A stretch of DNA of 64,000 nt. Origin: Carpediemonas membranifera BICM. Lineage: Eukaryota > Protista > Fornicata. The translations under genes were made by a program, and so were the position numbers. The DNA is taken from assembly GCA_019828565.1 (NCBI GenBank), contig JAHDYR010000006.1, positions 124,001 through 188,000 on the forward strand, written 5' to 3'. Positions 60,034 to 64,000 of this stretch are shown here, one piece after another. The first letter of the stretch is position 1, and every line of letters starts with the position of its first letter. The notes below the pieces were generated by a model. The model saw only the letters and a program-made list of their open reading frames with translations. It searched no databases and was not told the origin of the DNA.

Positions 60034-61773
60034 ATGTCTCGGTCTCAGTCATGGGAAGCCCTTCGACGCGAAATAGACATCGGAATCCTGAAAATTACCG
60101 AGGAGACACTCCGCGAATCAGTCATTGATCTGTTGCGCCTCAATCTCATTCGGGGAAGGACAGTGTTCAGTCGTAAGATCCTCCACGAGCAGCTGCAGCA
60201 CCCAGATCTTACGAAGCTGTATGCATGCGCCATTGCGATCATCGATTCGAAGCTCCCTTGTGTGGGTGAGGTTCTCCTCCAGCTGATTGCAAACGCTCTC
60301 ATCGATGCCGTCTATCCACAAAAGAACCGCATCATTGCAGTCCGCCAGCTATCGGACCACGACACGGTCGAGCGTACGCTCATGCTACTCCACCGCTTAG
60401 CCCTCCACGGCGTCACCACCCACGCCCTGCTGCTTGACGTGGCACAGACGCTGCTGGAAGAAGGAGGCAGTTGGATCGGCGTGCTGTGTGACTTCTTGGC
60501 CACAGCAGCGCCGTACCTGGCCTCAGTGGCACTGGAAGATGAGGAGGAGGGCGAGTCTCTCTCTCTCTTTGACGCTCTCGTCGAGGCTGTTCAAGAGGTC
60601 GGGGCTGGAGACGACGGCGTGCTTCAAAGCAAGGTAGATATGGTCTCTTCGCTGCACCCAAAGCCTAGTTCAAGCTTAGAGGCCAAATACGACATCATCG
60701 CACGCTCTGTCGACCCGCATGGGGTCAGTCTGCCCGATCCGCAGTCAAGGTACCAGATGCCGGCACATCTCAAGAATGATTACCCAAATCTCAAGATGCA
60801 TCAGGATATTTATTCTGATTGGGCTGATCGAGCCCTCCCAGCCGTCCCAGAGGCCGAGGGGACGATTGTCGAGGACGCCGAACAGGTCCGGGAAGACGCA
60901 GCGAGAGCTCGGGCCGAAGAAGCGAGACTGGCGGTCGTCAAGCAGACGTGGATTGCTCTCAAGTCCTCGATCGCCAACGAGGGCGCCCATCATCTGACCA
61001 AGATCCTGGAGCAATCGGTGCGAGGCGGTATGGACCGGCGTTCAGTCATCAAGACGATGCTCGACACGATCGTCCTCGGCATACGGCAGGAGCGGCGGGC
61101 CGAGAGACACTTGGGGCAGACTTACCTCGAGTGGAGCAGAGCTAGTCTGCTCACCAGGCAGATTCTCAAAGAGTACTATGACTCATTTATTCATCAATTG
61201 ATTACAATGACTGAAGACGATCCCGAGCCCTTCCAGGAGGGTCAGGCGAGCCGTGTAGCCCGATTCTACGTCCAAATGACCGAGGAGCCCCCGGCCCTCC
61301 CTCTCGCGAGCGTTCTCGCCCCCCTCGATCACACCGTCGATGACTTCCTCGAGGATGGCCCCAGGAGGTTCTACAGGACATTCCTGGGCCAGCTCTGGGG
61401 TGCCCTGGCGGCTGGGTACGGGAGGGAGCTGGACGAGCTGCTCACGGTACTGTGGGAAGAGGGGAAGATCATGAAGCTGTTGCCCTGGCCTATTGACACC
61501 GACGACGCGCCATTCGTGCAGCTTGTTATGGTGCTCATCGAGGCTGAGGTCAAGGAGGTATATCCTGACGTTTTTGCCACTCTCGAAGCCGGATTGTTCG
61601 CAAAAATGAAGCAATCAATTGATTCACTCAAACCTGCGCCGGAGAGTGACGACGGGTACACGTATGATGAGACGTACGACAGCGGCGACGAGAGCCCTTC
61701 CCCCATGGCCAAGCGGGCGCCAGTGGGTGGCGGGGCGTTCCCTACTGGTTATGTGCACCCGTCACGGTTATGA
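60034..61773 (+). CDS. CWC22: Pre-mRNA splicing factor CWC22 (divergent)
   Basis: SWEALRREI...LLRLNLIRGRTVFSR...LYACAIAIIDSKLPCVGEVLL matches the CWC22 MIF4G start. Confidence 0.85.
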   Translation: MSRSQSWEALRREIDIGILKITEETLRESVIDLLRLNLIRGRTVFSRKILHEQLQHPDLTKLYACAIAIIDSKLPCVGEVLLQLIANALIDAVYPQKNRIIAVRQLSDHDTVERTLMLLHRLALHGVTTHALLLDVAQTLLEEGGSWIGVLCDFLATAAPYLASVALEDEEEGESLSLFDALVEAVQEVGAGDDGVLQSKVDMVSSLHPKPSSSLEAKYDIIARSVDPHGVSLPDPQSRYQMPAHLKNDYPNLKMHQDIYSDWADRALPAVPEAEGTIVEDAEQVREDAARARAEEARLAVVKQTWIALKSSIANEGAHHLTKILEQSVRGGMDRRSVIKTMLDTIVLGIRQERRAERHLGQTYLEWSRASLLTRQILKEYYDSFIHQLITMTEDDPEPFQEGQASRVARFYVQMTEEPPALPLASVLAPLDHTVDDFLEDGPRRFYRTFLGQLWGALAAGYGRELDELLTVLWEEGKIMKLLPWPIDTDDAPFVQLVMVLIEAEVKEVYPDVFATLEAGLFAKMKQSIDSLKPAPESDDGYTYDETYDSGDESPSPMAKRAPVGGGAFPTGYVHPSRL

Positions 61774-61948
61774 GGTGCTGATGGTCTTATGTGTCTTATA
61801 TACTGATTCAAGTGGGGATGTCCACTTGTCACTGTTGTTCAGCTGGATTGTGGTTTAAACGGGGTTAGTCGACAAGAGAGGTTTAAAATGGGCACAAAGC
61901 GCGCCAAACTCACATAAAACACAATAACACCGCAGCAACCATCAGGAC

Positions 61949-63085
61949 TCATTCATCCACTGGCCGCGGGACTTCATACCCAGCTACCGCCAGCTCGTTC
62001 TGGTCCACTCCGCCGAGGAAGGCGAAGTTCATGTCCGGCTTGGCTGGTGCAGCCTGTCGTGGCTTTGGCCTGCTCTTTGGCCGTGGCCCGAGTCTGGTCT
62101 TCGATACAGCTCCGCCAGTCGTCATTGTACCCGGTTGACCCGAGACACGCGACCGACCCCGGCTTATTGGGCGGATTGCCGGAGTAACAGATGCCGGCAA
62201 CGGCTTTTCACTCCCTCCGCTGCTTTGACTGAGGCCTTGATCTCTGACCTGCTCGAGACGCCGCTTCATGTGCGCTAGCTTGTCCCTCGCCTCCTCAGCA
62301 GCCGACTCGGCCTCAGCCTGGCGTGACGCAGCCTTCTCAGCGGCAGCATAGGCGTCATCCCGTTCACTTTCAGCCTCCTCGGTGCGTCTAGCATACTCAG
62401 CGGCTGTCTCGAGGTTGGATTGGGCCTTCGCCTCTACCTCAGCAAGGTCGGCCTGAAGTCTGGCAATCTCCGCCTTGTCTGCGGCAGTCTCCTCCATCCC
62501 AGCCTTAACGTGCGCGTAAATCTGGTTCAACACTCTAGGGTCGACCTCCACGGTCTTGCCAGTGGCAATGGCGAGGTGCATCTCGCTGGCCCAGTCACCG
62601 CTCATGTCCCCAACAGGCAGGGAGACGGCTAACTGCCTCCCTGCATTGTCATGGACCTCCTCCGTCTGCGTGTGGGATGTACAGGAGACGTGCTTAAGCT
62701 CCTGCAGCTCGGCCTCGAGGGCTTCGAGTTTAGATGTCAGCCGGGCATTCTCTGCACTCTGTACCTGAAGGCGTGTGGCTAGCTGATCCTTGTCCCGCTT
62801 CGATCGGGCTTCGGCGCCTCTGAGAGAAAGGACTAATGTCTGGAGGTCTCGGATCTGCTCTTGGTAGCTCACAAGCTCCTCACTATGCTTGCATAGTACG
62901 CTCTTGAGCTCATTTTGACTATCCTCGTTGTGTTTTGCGACTTTTGCCCTGAGATTTTCGATCTCGGCGTCTTTGCTGACGAGTGCCTCATCCATTTCCT
63001 CGATTTCCTTGTCTTTGTGCCTTAATTCAACCAATAGTCTCTTGGCAAACGCATCTAAGCGCTTCACCTTCTCTCGTTCATCCAT
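61949..63085 (-). CDS. Hypothetical coiled-coil protein
   Basis: About 380 aa heptad-rich ORF from ATG 63085. Confidence 0.68.
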   Translation of the reverse strand: MDEREKVKRLDAFAKRLLVELRHKDKEIEEMDEALVSKDAEIENLRAKVAKHNEDSQNELKSVLCKHSEELVSYQEQIRDLQTLVLSLRGAEARSKRDKDQLATRLQVQSAENARLTSKLEALEAELQELKHVSCTSHTQTEEVHDNAGRQLAVSLPVGDMSGDWASEMHLAIATGKTVEVDPRVLNQIYAHVKAGMEETAADKAEIARLQADLAEVEAKAQSNLETAAEYARRTEEAESERDDAYAAAEKAASRQAEAESAAEEARDKLAHMKRRLEQVRDQGLSQSSGGSEKPLPASVTPAIRPISRGRSRVSGQPGTMTTGGAVSKTRLGPRPKSRPKPRQAAPAKPDMNFAFLGGVDQNELAVAGYEVPRPVDE

Positions 63086-63224
63086 ACCGTGATCAGGAGG
63101 ACGTCGGCAAAACTGCGCCGTCGTTGACACCACTACCGCCCACATCGGCATGGAGGCGCGCTACCAGCCGCCCCAACACCACACTATCAGACGCTAAACC
63201 TGTAATAATCTGTTTATCCGATTC

Positions 63225-64000
63225 TTAGACACTGACCTTCCAGAGCAAGGCACTGCCCTTCGCCATGCCGGCCGCCAGGAATACAGACTCCGGGCTATGC
63301 TGGCTCCAGCGCATGACCGCGCACGGGTTAGTATTGCCCCCAGCAGGCCAGTTGGGGACGACGGAGTTCCGCTTGACGTCGAACACTCGCATCCCGCCCC
63401 TCGTCTTGGAGTGGAGCGCGAGGAGATTCTTACCGGCCACCAGACCCCAGGCTAGGCCTGTGATCTCGTCCACCAGTGACCGTGAGATCGACCGGGTGGG
63501 TTTGACTGAGTCGCTCGGCCGGGACTTCGCCTTGAGTTTGTCCAGAACATCAGCGGCACGATATATGTTCACCACGCCGTCCTGGGCACCCACAGCAAGC
63601 CATCCGCCGTCGATCGACCACTTGACAATGGCTCTTCCGATGTTTCCCGAGTCACTGAACTGCACCCGACTCCTTCCAGACATGATGTCGACCAGGGCAA
63701 CCTTGCCGCCCTCCCCCGCAAGGGTAATGATGCCTGGGTAGTTTGGTACTGTTTCCATGTCTGAAACGGGGAAGGAGACGCGCAGGCTCTTCACCACGGC
63801 GTTGGACTTGTAGTTGACGATGTGGACCTGACTGTCGCCACCGTGGAAGGCCACACGGACCTCCCTCTCGCTGCCGTTGCCGTTGAGGATGATGAAGTGA
63901 CCGTGGTCAGCCAGGGCGCGGGTATCTCGACCTGTTCCCGTCTTGATCCCGGCGCGGCGGGTGACCTTGTTCGTCTCGAGGGAGTACTCGTAGTAATAGG
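63225..64000 (-). CDS. UTP18: U3 snoRNP WD40 protein UTP18-like, 3' part (truncated by window edge)
   Basis: WLAVGAQDGVVNIY...KPTRSI..LVDEIT...VVPNWP...FLAAGMAKGSALLWKV matches the UTP18 C-terminus. Confidence 0.78.
   Translation of the reverse strand, partial: YYYEYSLETNKVTRRAGIKTGTGRDTRALADHGHFIILNGNGSEREVRVAFHGGDSQVHIVNYKSNAVVKSLRVSFPVSDMETVPNYPGIITLAGEGGKVALVDIMSGRSRVQFSDSGNIGRAIVKWSIDGGWLAVGAQDGVVNIYRAADVLDKLKAKSRPSDSVKPTRSISRSLVDEITGLAWGLVAGKNLLALHSKTRGGMRVFDVKRNSVVPNWPAGGNTNPCAVMRWSQHSPESVFLAAGMAKGSALLWKVSV

Overview
Gene-dense, intron-poor eukaryotic (protist) genomic DNA with about 38 protein-coding genes on both strands, short intergenic spacers and a few very short (28-56 nt) GT-AG introns. 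The gene set, compactness and divergence suggest a flagellated metamonad such as a Carpediemonas-like fornicate; this is inference, not verified. Recognisable genes include TSG101, Atg13-like, two syntaxins, ARPC3, HP1-like, PMCA, MINDY4, MAT1, Tam41-like, PMM, PP2A-B56, Bdp1, a CIPK-like kinase, POT1-like, PTRHD1, SMC2, BLOS1, eEF1G, urocanase, a GalE-like epimerase, CWC22 and UTP18. The main finding is two related, decayed copies of a Fanzor (eukaryotic TnpB-family RNA-guided RuvC nuclease), at about 54015-55152 (-) and 33065-33412 (+). Neither is visible as a single ORF. Each is followed by a hairpin-rich segment that is a candidate omegaRNA, and the shorter copy is bracketed by a 13-bp direct repeat. 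Also present are two broken copies of an RCC1-like gene with a near-identical 5' 1.1 kb and divergent 3' halves, an identical 45-bp TATA-containing cassette upstream of two unrelated genes, and a degenerate Sey1/RHD3-like GTPase. All family calls come from recognising motifs by eye; no searches were run.
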